A stretch of 58,226 nt of DNA from Actinobacteria bacterium UBA959 (GTDB lineage: Bacteria; Actinomycetota; Actinomycetes; S36-B12; UBA5976). Made by a program: the position numbers and the translations under genes. Below, piece after piece: positions 30,968 through 38,621 of this stretch (the stretch's first letter is position 1; each line of letters opens with the position of its first letter). The notes under the pieces were generated by a model. That model saw nothing but the letters and a program-made list of their open reading frames with translations, had not been told where the DNA came from and searched no databases. The DNA is taken from assembly GCA_002293025.1 (NCBI GenBank), contig DBCL01000012.1:20036-78261 (forward strand). Reading direction: 5' to 3'.

Positions 30968-31647
30968 ATTGATATGACCTCATTTGCTTTAGTTTGTTCA
31001 TGAAAAGTTAAAATCTGTAATTCGCTGGCTAGATCCATTTGACGCACATCCACACCTGAAGGCACCTTTAGCGTGCATGGCGCAAATGTCATAATTGAAT
31101 AAACACCAGCATTAACCAGCTGGTCGCAGACTTGCTGTGCAGAACTTGCTGGAGTGGTGATAACAGCAATTTGAATATTATTCATGCGAACATAGCTGGA
31201 TAAGTCAGAAATATCTTTAATAGTAATTTGTTCACCATCTGGTGCTGGAACTTTAATTCCTACAATGTCAGGTGCAGTATCAAAAAGTGCTGCTAATCGA
31301 AATCCTCTTTTTGAGAAACCTTCATAACTTGCTAACGCCAAACCTAAGTTTCCACAGCCAACAATCACAATTGGCCATTCACGATTAACACCTAATGTGC
31401 TAGAGATTGTTGCTACGAGATCTTCTGTTTTGTATCCAGAGCCCCGAGTGCCCAGTCCACCTAAGTATGAAAGATCTTTGCGTAGCTGTGCGCTAGTCAC
31501 TTTAACTGCATCCGCTAATTCTTCAGAAGTAACTTCTTGCTTTCCCTGTGCTTTGAAATCCCCAAGTGCTCTTAGGTAAAGAGGTAGGCGGCCAACAGTT
31601 GCTGGAGGCACACCACCAGCACGCGTTGAATTACGACTGTCAGACAA
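30964..31647 (-). CDS. rex: Redox-sensing transcriptional repressor Rex
   Basis: Winged-helix N-terminus RLPLYLRAL and Rossmann motif VGCGNLGLALA. TTG start is preceded by AGGAG at 6 nt. Confidence 0.9.
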   Translation of the reverse strand: MSDSRNSTRAGGVPPATVGRLPLYLRALGDFKAQGKQEVTSEELADAVKVTSAQLRKDLSYLGGLGTRGSGYKTEDLVATISSTLGVNREWPIVIVGCGNLGLALASYEGFSKRGFRLAALFDTAPDIVGIKVPAPDGEQITIKDISDLSSYVRMNNIQIAVITTPASSAQQVCDQLVNAGVYSIMTFAPCTLKVPSGVDVRQMDLASELQILTFHEQTKANEVISI

Positions 31648-31716
31648 GGAAAACTCCTGGGGAAGTTATGACTTAGGGGGCAAAGGTATTCATTCCCTGC
31701 CAAATGACCAAATCCC

Positions 31717-31962
31717 TCACAAATGAGGTTGGTTTAAAGCGGTTTTAAGGGTCTGGGGCTCAACCCGCCAAATGGCTACCTGAACTCCATCTACCAATAA
31801 CACTGGTAGAAATTCAAAATGAACTGCAGCTAAATTCGGGTGATCAACCACATCAAGCTCTTCAAATTCCTCATTGAATTCAGAACAAACATTTGCCACC
31901 ACAAGCCGAGCATCATCACAGAGATGGCAATTCTGTTTCGTGATTAGTTGCACTCGAGGCAA
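31717..31962 (-). CDS. Glutaredoxin-like small protein (CxxC)
   Basis: 81 aa with N-terminal CHLC. It occupies the slot of the mycobacterial glutaredoxin-like gene that precedes the hem cluster. Confidence 0.6.
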   Translation of the reverse strand: MPRVQLITKQNCHLCDDARLVVANVCSEFNEEFEELDVVDHPNLAAVHFEFLPVLLVDGVQVAIWRVEPQTLKTALNQPHL

Positions 31963-31968
31963 CTGAGG

Positions 31969-32067
31969 CTACTTCTTGTTACGACGTTGAACGCGGGTCT
32001 TGCGCAACAACTTGCGATGCTTCTTCTTAGCCATGCGCTTACGACGCTTCTTGATAACTGAACCCAC
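31969..32067 (-). CDS. Small basic ribosomal protein bS22-like (32 aa); not in the supplied ORF track
   Basis: GTG start with translation [32 protein letters not shown]. This closely matches my memory of the actinobacterial bS22 (AURKAIP1/COX24-like) peptide. SD GAGGTGA lies 3 nt upstream. Confidence 0.8.
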   Translation of the reverse strand: MGSVIKKRRKRMAKKKHRKLLRKTRVQRRNKK

Positions 32068-32069
32068 AG

Positions 32070-32101
32070 TTCACCTCATTGCTTAATTGGATAGAGGTGA
32101 A
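32070..32101 (-). promoter_or_regulatory. 8-bp hairpin pairing the bS22 Shine-Dalgarno with an anti-SD-like TTCACCTC
   Basis: The plus strand has TTCACCTC (32070-32077) and GAGGTGAA (32094-32101) with a 16-nt loop. On the mRNA the 3' arm is the SD of the bS22 ORF. Confidence 0.3.
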
Positions 32102-32136
32102 TGCTACTGCACCCACCCATTCCAGGTTTAGGGCTA

Positions 32137-32928
32137 CTAGCCCAATTCCAATGCTCTAGCTTTTGCCGCTGCCAATGCTCGATCAACCAATGCAGCGAAG
32201 TCTCCTTCGGCAAATACCGCTAAGGCCGCTGCCGTGGTGCCACCAGGAGATGTGACCATCTCGCGCAATTTGAATGGGTCTTGGTTGGAGCTTCGCATTA
32301 ACTCAGCGGCACCAGAGATGGTTTCGAATACTGCTTCCTTGGCAAGGTCTGGTTCAACACCAAGATTTATTGCTGCAGCAATCAAATGCTCAGCTAGTAA
32401 AAAAACGTAGGCAGGTCCTGACCCATGAACTGCTGTGAAGGAATCTTGAAGAGACTCATCAATTAACTGATAATTACCAGCGCATTGCAATAGGTATTTA
32501 GCTCGTTCTAAATGTATTTCATCCGTATCTGGCAATACAGATATTGTTGAGTATCCACGACCAATGAGTGCTGGGGTGTTTGGCATACAGCGAATTACAG
32601 CCCCAGCATTTCCTAATCCGTTCTTCAACTTTTCTAACTTTATACCAGCAGCAATAGACATCACAGTTTGATTACTAGTAATTTTTGGGTTCAGATTTTC
32701 CATCACGTTTACTAGATCTTGGGGCTTTACCGCGAGCACAATCAAATCAACTTTAGTTGCAGTATCTGCATCTGCTGGTTTGACACCAAATTCAGAAACG
32801 ATCGAATCTCTTTTGGCTACATCTTTTTCTGCGAGATAAACAAGGGTGGCAGGGTGCGACTGTCGGATGGCCTTAATCAGGGCAGAACCCATCGAACCAC
32901 CACCCACAAACAACACGCTATCCATCAC
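32137..32928 (-). CDS. proC: Pyrroline-5-carboxylate reductase
   Basis: N-terminal Rossmann motif FVGGGSMGSAL and C-terminal P5CR dimerization region (SPGGTTAAAL). Confidence 0.85.
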   Translation of the reverse strand: MMDSVLFVGGGSMGSALIKAIRQSHPATLVYLAEKDVAKRDSIVSEFGVKPADADTATKVDLIVLAVKPQDLVNVMENLNPKITSNQTVMSIAAGIKLEKLKNGLGNAGAVIRCMPNTPALIGRGYSTISVLPDTDEIHLERAKYLLQCAGNYQLIDESLQDSFTAVHGSGPAYVFLLAEHLIAAAINLGVEPDLAKEAVFETISGAAELMRSSNQDPFKLREMVTSPGGTTAAALAVFAEGDFAALVDRALAAAKARALELG

Positions 32929-32934
32929 CAGCTC

Positions 32935-33864
32935 CTATCGATGCATACCATCAATATGTTTAAGCAGAATGCCCTCTCGCAAAGCCCATGGGCCAATCTC
33001 AACTACCTCAACATTTAGCAAATCTACTGCGGTGCTGGCAACGATTGCTCCAGCGGCCAATTGTTCAGCCCTAGAAGCACTAACCCCTGGCAGATTTGTG
33101 CGTTCTTTGCGAGACATGCCAACTAGTTCATCGGTTATCTCTCTTAAATCAGTATCCCAGAGAAATCTTCGCTCGCGCGGGCCTTCGCTAGATGGTGCTG
33201 CACCAGCAATGCGCGCCAAACTTCGAAAAGTTTTGCTAGTTCCCACTACATGGTCCGCCAGACCAGGTTTAGAGACCTCACTAACGACGTTTGCGATCTC
33301 CTGTCTTACATATTTCTGTAATTCTTTAACTTCTTTACTTGTTGGAGGGTCTGATAAATTGAAATCTCTAGTTAATCTACCTGCACCCAGTGGGAGTGAT
33401 ATAGCCACATCTGGTTGTTCACCAGTTCCAACTGCTATCTCAAATGATCCGCCACCGATATCGAGTACTAAAAGCACTCCACTAGACCAACCAAACCATC
33501 TCCTAGTTGCCAGAAATGTTAATTTCGCTTCTTCCGCACCAGAAAGAACATCAATTCGCTGTTTTGTTTGATTAAAAACTTCTGCTAAGAGTTCTTCCCC
33601 ATTCGATGCGTCTCTAATAGCGGAAGTGGCGAATGCCAAAATCTCAGAGCACCCTTGAGCCTCTGCTTGAGCAGTTAGCTCTTGGATGGTTTGAATTAGA
33701 TCAGAGGTCATAGATGGCAGGAATGCACCTTGCTTATCTAGGTGCTCAATTAGCCTCATAGGTTTCTTTACAGAAAGTGCTGGAAGTGGTGCAGAACCTT
33801 CTCGGATATCACAGATAAGCATGTGAACTGTATTAGATCCAATGTCGAGTACACCCAGGCGCAT
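32935..33864 (-). CDS. ppx: Ppx/GppA-family exopolyphosphatase
   Basis: ASKHA phosphate-binding motifs LDIGSNTV and LDIGGGSFE; 309 aa. Confidence 0.85.
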   Translation of the reverse strand: MRLGVLDIGSNTVHMLICDIREGSAPLPALSVKKPMRLIEHLDKQGAFLPSMTSDLIQTIQELTAQAEAQGCSEILAFATSAIRDASNGEELLAEVFNQTKQRIDVLSGAEEAKLTFLATRRWFGWSSGVLLVLDIGGGSFEIAVGTGEQPDVAISLPLGAGRLTRDFNLSDPPTSKEVKELQKYVRQEIANVVSEVSKPGLADHVVGTSKTFRSLARIAGAAPSSEGPRERRFLWDTDLREITDELVGMSRKERTNLPGVSASRAEQLAAGAIVASTAVDLLNVEVVEIGPWALREGILLKHIDGMHR

Positions 33865-33870
33865 GCGAGG

Positions 33871-33891
33871 AGGCTAGTACCTGTCTAGTCT
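33871..33891. promoter_or_regulatory. Two back-to-back TANNNT -10-like hexamers, each 6 nt from a start codon (leaderless-type promoters)
   Basis: Plus strand has TAGTCT (33886-33891), then 6 nt, then GTG 33898. Minus strand has TAGCCT (33876-33871), then 6 nt, then ATG 33864. Neither start has an SD. Confidence 0.3.
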
Positions 33892-33897
33892 TACCGC

Positions 33898-34677
33898 GTG
33901 AATGAAACCTCCTTAACCACTCCGCGTCATTGGGTCGAGTTCCAAGATCCCCATGATTCCAACCAGATGTATCGCTGTGATCTAACTTGGTTAACTTCTA
34001 AGTGGGAATGCATCTTTGGTCGCGGCTGTAAAGGTATCTTGAAAGACAGGCCAGACGATGGGTGCTGCTCACATGGTGCGCACTTCACTGATGCTAAAGA
34101 TGCCAAGCACGTTAAGAAATTTGTGGAATTAATGACTGAAGAAGATTGGCAGTTCAAATCTGTGGGTGATGCAGGGGGTTGGAGTGAGAAAGAAGATGGT
34201 CAATCTAAAACCAGAGTTCATCAAGATGGATGCATATTTTTAAATAGACCAGGTTTTGCCGCTGGTTCAGGCTGTGCGTTCCATGTTCTCGGTAACCGAA
34301 TAGGTGAGCGTCCAATGGATATGAAGCCAGATGTTTGCTGGCAGCTTCCTATGCGTCGCGACTTTGAAACTCGTGAGTTTGAAGATGATACTGAACAATC
34401 AATTGTGATTATTACAGAATTTGATAGAAGAAGTTGGGGTCCTGGCGGCCATGACTTTGATTGGTACTGCTCCAGTAATCCTGAAGCACACACTGCTGCT
34501 GAACCTGTGTATGTAACTGAAAAAGGAACTTTGATAAAACTCATGAGCGCTGAGGCCTACGACATCTTGCTTGAGCACTGCATTGCCCATGAAAAAGCTG
34601 TTGAGACCGTGCAAGACTCAAAGGGCAGAAAACTCATCCCACTACACCCTGCTACGGCTGTCAGAGCCAAGTCTTAG
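33898..34677 (+). CDS. Conserved Cys/His-rich hypothetical protein (possible Zn/Fe-chelating domain)
   Basis: 259-aa ORF with clustered C27, C38, C44, C56, C57, H59, H62 and GC(112)IFL...GC(126)AFH...KPDVC(147)WQLP. It has ordinary composition and lies upstream of radA. Function is unknown. Confidence 0.6.
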   Translation: MNETSLTTPRHWVEFQDPHDSNQMYRCDLTWLTSKWECIFGRGCKGILKDRPDDGCCSHGAHFTDAKDAKHVKKFVELMTEEDWQFKSVGDAGGWSEKEDGQSKTRVHQDGCIFLNRPGFAAGSGCAFHVLGNRIGERPMDMKPDVCWQLPMRRDFETREFEDDTEQSIVIITEFDRRSWGPGGHDFDWYCSSNPEAHTAAEPVYVTEKGTLIKLMSAEAYDILLEHCIAHEKAVETVQDSKGRKLIPLHPATAVRAKS

Positions 34678-34687
34678 TCTTTAGAGC

Positions 34688-36046
34688 GTGGCTAAGACAA
34701 AACCCTCTCCCTATCGCTGCTCAGAATGCGGCTGGGAGTCCGCTAAGTGGGTTGGCCGTTGTGGTGAATGTCAGGCTTGGTCAACACTCATTGAAGTTGG
34801 TAGAACACTTGGCAGCACTAAACCTGCCTTGATATCAAATGCAGCTGTCGCCATCTCCGATCAAGAATTAATTGAAGCTGGTAAGAGTCCAACCTCCATC
34901 TCAGAATTAGATCGAGTGCTAGGTGGTGGCATAGTTCCAGGTTCAGTGATTTTGTTAGCTGGAGAGCCAGGTGTGGGTAAATCCACACTTCTTCTTGAGG
35001 TAGCAGCAGCCTGGGCTAAAAATTCTGGAAACTCACTTTATATAACCGCAGAAGAATCTGCCGCTCAGGTGAAACTTAGGGCTGAGCGAATTAACGCCAT
35101 AGATGATCAGCTCTATCTTGCTTCTGAAACTGATCTAGCCACAATTCTTGGCTTAATCGAGCACCACAAATCATCATTAGTAATCATTGATTCAATCCAA
35201 ACAATTTCTAGCAGTGAATTGGAGGGTGCAGCTGGTGGGGTTACTCAAGTTCGAGAATCTGCAGCTGCTTTAATCTCAATTGCGAAACGAAGCAATACTG
35301 CAATTGTGTTGGTGGGACATGTAACAAAAGAAGGCACAATTGCAGGTCCTCGAATGTTAGAGCACATAGTTGATGTTGTTCTTAACTTCGATGGGGATAG
35401 GCACACGAGTTTGCGAATTTTGCGCTCTGTAAAGAATAGGTTTGGTGCAACCGACGAAATTGGTTGCTTTGATTTAGCTGAAAGCGGACTGGTCGAAGTA
35501 ACAGATCCAAGTCAACTATTCAGAACTCAACGAACTGACTCAATTGCAGGCACTTGCTTAACAGTTAGCATGGAGGGACAACGCCCACTAATAACCGAAC
35601 TCCAAGCATTGGTTGCAAGTTCTTCACTAGCATCTCCTCGCAGAGCAACATCTGGCGTTGACTCTGCTCGCGTCTCTATGGTGTTAGCCGTATTAGAACG
35701 ACGAGCAAATATCAAAGTTGCCAAAGAAGATTGTTATGTGGCAACTGTTGGAGGAATGAAGATCTATGAGCCTGCAGCAGATCTAGCAATTGCACTATCA
35801 ATTGCTAGTGCGGCCACAGATCAGCCAATTCCACCAACTGTTGTGGCAATTGGAGAAATTGGGCTAACTGGTGAGATTCGACGAACAGCAAATATCCAGA
35901 AACGAATTACGGAAGCAGCACGACTAGGCATAACTGACGCAATAGTTCCAGTGGGAACCAAGCCAGTTACTGGAATTAGACTCTATGAGTCTGCAGACTT
36001 GAGTTCAGCAGTAAAAAACTTAAGAACTATTGCTAAGGCTAATTAG
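34688..36046 (+). CDS. radA: DNA repair protein RadA
   Basis: N-terminal zinc finger CSECGWESAKWVGRCGECQAW, Walker A GEPGVGKST, the KNRFG motif and a Lon-like C-domain. Confidence 0.95.
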   Translation: MAKTKPSPYRCSECGWESAKWVGRCGECQAWSTLIEVGRTLGSTKPALISNAAVAISDQELIEAGKSPTSISELDRVLGGGIVPGSVILLAGEPGVGKSTLLLEVAAAWAKNSGNSLYITAEESAAQVKLRAERINAIDDQLYLASETDLATILGLIEHHKSSLVIIDSIQTISSSELEGAAGGVTQVRESAAALISIAKRSNTAIVLVGHVTKEGTIAGPRMLEHIVDVVLNFDGDRHTSLRILRSVKNRFGATDEIGCFDLAESGLVEVTDPSQLFRTQRTDSIAGTCLTVSMEGQRPLITELQALVASSSLASPRRATSGVDSARVSMVLAVLERRANIKVAKEDCYVATVGGMKIYEPAADLAIALSIASAATDQPIPPTVVAIGEIGLTGEIRRTANIQKRITEAARLGITDAIVPVGTKPVTGIRLYESADLSSAVKNLRTIAKAN

Positions 36047-38541
36047 TCTGCAACCGTGCTTGCTTCAACTGGTGGCACATCTGGGAAATCACCTTTAGGT
36101 GTGCCTTTGAATGTAAAAGCCTCTGCCTCGCCTTCACCTTCAGTGCCAACGACAACAAGTTGTCCAGGGGTTAACTCACCAAACAAGATGCGCTCACTTA
36201 ATACATCTTCTATTTCACGCTGAACTGTTCGGCGCAGTGGTCTAGCACCAAGTAGAGGGTCGTAGCCCTTCTTAGCGAGCAAAGACTTAGCAGCTGGAGT
36301 TAGCTCCAAGCCCATGTCCTTATCTTTAAGTCTGTCATCTAATTTCGCCAACATTAAATCAACAATTGAAACAATTTCTGTTTCTGAAAGTTGGTGGAAT
36401 ACCACGATGTCGTCAATTCTGTTTAAAAACTCTGGACGGAAATGCTGCTTGAGTTCTTCGTTAACTTTTAATTTCATCCGCTCATATGAACTCTTGTCAT
36501 CATTGACATTTGCAAAGCCTAAGCTTGCGCCCTTCATAATGTCACGGCTTCCAAGGTTGGTAGTCATGATGATTACTGTGTTCTTAAAATCAACCATGCG
36601 TCCCTGAGCATCAGTAAGTCGACCATCTTCCAAAATCTGCAATAGTGAGTTGAAGATATCTGGATGCGCTTTTTCAACTTCGTCAAACAGAACTACTGAG
36701 AATGGGCGACGACGAACCTTCTCGGTTAGCTGTCCACCTTCTTCGTAACCAACGTAGCCTGGAGGGGAACCAAACAAACGGCTTACGGTGTGCTTCTCGC
36801 TGTACTCAGACATATCTAGTTGAATTAGGGAAGATTCATCACCAAACAAGAATTCGGCTAGTGCCTTACTCAATTCAGTCTTACCAACACCTGATGGACC
36901 AGCAAAAATAAATGATCCACCCGGGCGCTTAGGGTCTTTCAGGCCAGCCCTAGTTCTTCTAATAGCTTTAGATAAAGCGGTGATGGCATCTTCTTGACCA
37001 ATAACGCGCTTGTGCAGGTTTGATTCCATCTGAAGTAAACGCTGTGACTCTTCTTCAGTTAACTTAATAATAGGAATGCCAGTTGCTACTGCTAGCACTT
37101 CAGCAATCAATTCTTCATCAACTTCTGCTACCACATCTAAGTCGCCGGCTTTCCACTCGCGCTCACGCTCAAGCCTGGCTGCAATTAGTTGTTTCTCATC
37201 ATCACGCAGTGATGCTGCCTTTTCAAAGTCTTGCGAATCAATTGCGCTCTCTTTTTCTTTGCGAACTTTGGCAATTTTGTCATCAAACTCGCGTAAATCT
37301 GGTGGCGCAGTCATTCGCTTAATTCTCAGCTTAGATCCAGCTTCATCAATTAGATCAATTGCCTTATCTGGTAAGAAGCGATCATTGATATATCTGTCAG
37401 CCAAGGTTGCCGCTGATACCAGGGCAGCATCAGTAATTGTCACCTTGTGATGTGATTCGTAACGATCTCTTAGGCCCTTCAGAATTTCGATGCTATGAGC
37501 CAACGTCGGTTCTGCCACTTGAATTGGCTGAAAGCGGCGCTCAAGGGCTGCATCTTTTTCAATGTGCTTGCGATACTCATCCAAAGTAGTTGCACCAATA
37601 GTTTGCAATTCACCACGGGCCAGCATTGGCTTCAAAATGCTAGCTGCATCAATTGCACCTTCAGCAGCACCAGCGCCAACCAGCGTGTGAATTTCATCAA
37701 TGAATAGCACGATATCGCCTCGAGTGCGAATTTCTTTTAATACTTTTTTCAGTCTCTCTTCAAAATCACCGCGATAACGTGATCCAGCAACGAGAGCACC
37801 TAAATCTAAGGAATAAATCTGCTTATCTTTCAAAGTTTCTGGAACTTCACCACGAACAATATTTTGAGCGAGTCCTTCAACAACTGCAGTCTTACCAACA
37901 CCTGGCTCGCCAATCAAAACTGGGTTGTTCTTAGTTCTTCGAGAAAGAACTTGCATGACTCTCTCAATTTCTTTTTCTCTTCCAATAACTGGATCTAGTG
38001 ATCCTTCGCGAGCTGCTTGAGTCAGGTTTCTACCAAATTGATCTAGAACTAAAGAAGTTGATGGAGTGCCTTCCGCAGGACCAGCTTGAGCTGGTTCTTT
38101 ACCTTGGTAGCCACTTAGTAACTGAATAACTTGCTGACGCACTCGATTTAGATCAGCACCTAGTTTTACTAATACTTGTGCTGCTACACCTTCACCTTCA
38201 CGAATCAAGCCAAGCAAGATGTGTTCAGTTCCAATGTAGTTATGACCTAATTGCAAAGCTTCTCTTAAAGAAAGTTCTAAAACTTTTTTTGCACGAGGAG
38301 TGAATGGAATATGTCCACTAGGAGCTTGTTGTCCAGGGCCAATTATTTCTTCAACCTGAGATCTAACTTGCTCAAGTTTGATATCTAAACTTTCCAAGGA
38401 CTTAGCAGCAACGCCTTCACCTTCATGGATTAGACCAAGCAGGATGTGTTCAGTGCCAATGTAATTGTGGTTAAGCATCCGAGCTTCTTCTTGGGCAAGC
38501 ACTACTACCCGCCTGGCTCGATCCGTAAACCTTTCAAACAT
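36043..38541 (-). CDS. clpC: ATP-dependent Clp protease ATP-binding subunit ClpC
   Basis: Duplicated Clp N-repeat ([12 protein letters not shown] twice), two AAA+ Walker A sites ([18 protein letters not shown]) and a UVR-like linker. Confidence 0.95.
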   Translation of the reverse strand: MFERFTDRARRVVVLAQEEARMLNHNYIGTEHILLGLIHEGEGVAAKSLESLDIKLEQVRSQVEEIIGPGQQAPSGHIPFTPRAKKVLELSLREALQLGHNYIGTEHILLGLIREGEGVAAQVLVKLGADLNRVRQQVIQLLSGYQGKEPAQAGPAEGTPSTSLVLDQFGRNLTQAAREGSLDPVIGREKEIERVMQVLSRRTKNNPVLIGEPGVGKTAVVEGLAQNIVRGEVPETLKDKQIYSLDLGALVAGSRYRGDFEERLKKVLKEIRTRGDIVLFIDEIHTLVGAGAAEGAIDAASILKPMLARGELQTIGATTLDEYRKHIEKDAALERRFQPIQVAEPTLAHSIEILKGLRDRYESHHKVTITDAALVSAATLADRYINDRFLPDKAIDLIDEAGSKLRIKRMTAPPDLREFDDKIAKVRKEKESAIDSQDFEKAASLRDDEKQLIAARLEREREWKAGDLDVVAEVDEELIAEVLAVATGIPIIKLTEEESQRLLQMESNLHKRVIGQEDAITALSKAIRRTRAGLKDPKRPGGSFIFAGPSGVGKTELSKALAEFLFGDESSLIQLDMSEYSEKHTVSRLFGSPPGYVGYEEGGQLTEKVRRRPFSVVLFDEVEKAHPDIFNSLLQILEDGRLTDAQGRMVDFKNTVIIMTTNLGSRDIMKGASLGFANVNDDKSSYERMKLKVNEELKQHFRPEFLNRIDDIVVFHQLSETEIVSIVDLMLAKLDDRLKDKDMGLELTPAAKSLLAKKGYDPLLGARPLRRTVQREIEDVLSERILFGELTPGQLVVVGTEGEGEAEAFTFKGTPKGDFPDVPPVEASTVAD

Positions 38542-38621
38542 CTGGCAGCTCCCTAAAAGTTAGTTCTATGGATAGATGGTAAGCCGAAAACCCAATTTGC
38601 ACGACCAGGGGGTAAGGAAAC

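Noticed and set aside
31717-31734. A TTGTGA Rex half-site overlapping the grx-like stop codon, about 70 nt upstream of rex. This would be a possible autoregulatory operator.
   Set aside because: The second half (TTGGTCA) matches TTCACAA at only 3 of 7 positions. A single 6-nt half-site is expected by chance.
32846-33571. A 241-aa plus-strand ORF antisense to the proC/ppx junction. It is the longest unexplained ORF in the track.
   Set aside because: The translation is Ser/Thr/Pro-rich and low-complexity, with no recognisable motif. It spans the boundary of two well-supported minus-strand genes. This is typical of a shadow ORF on the antisense frame.
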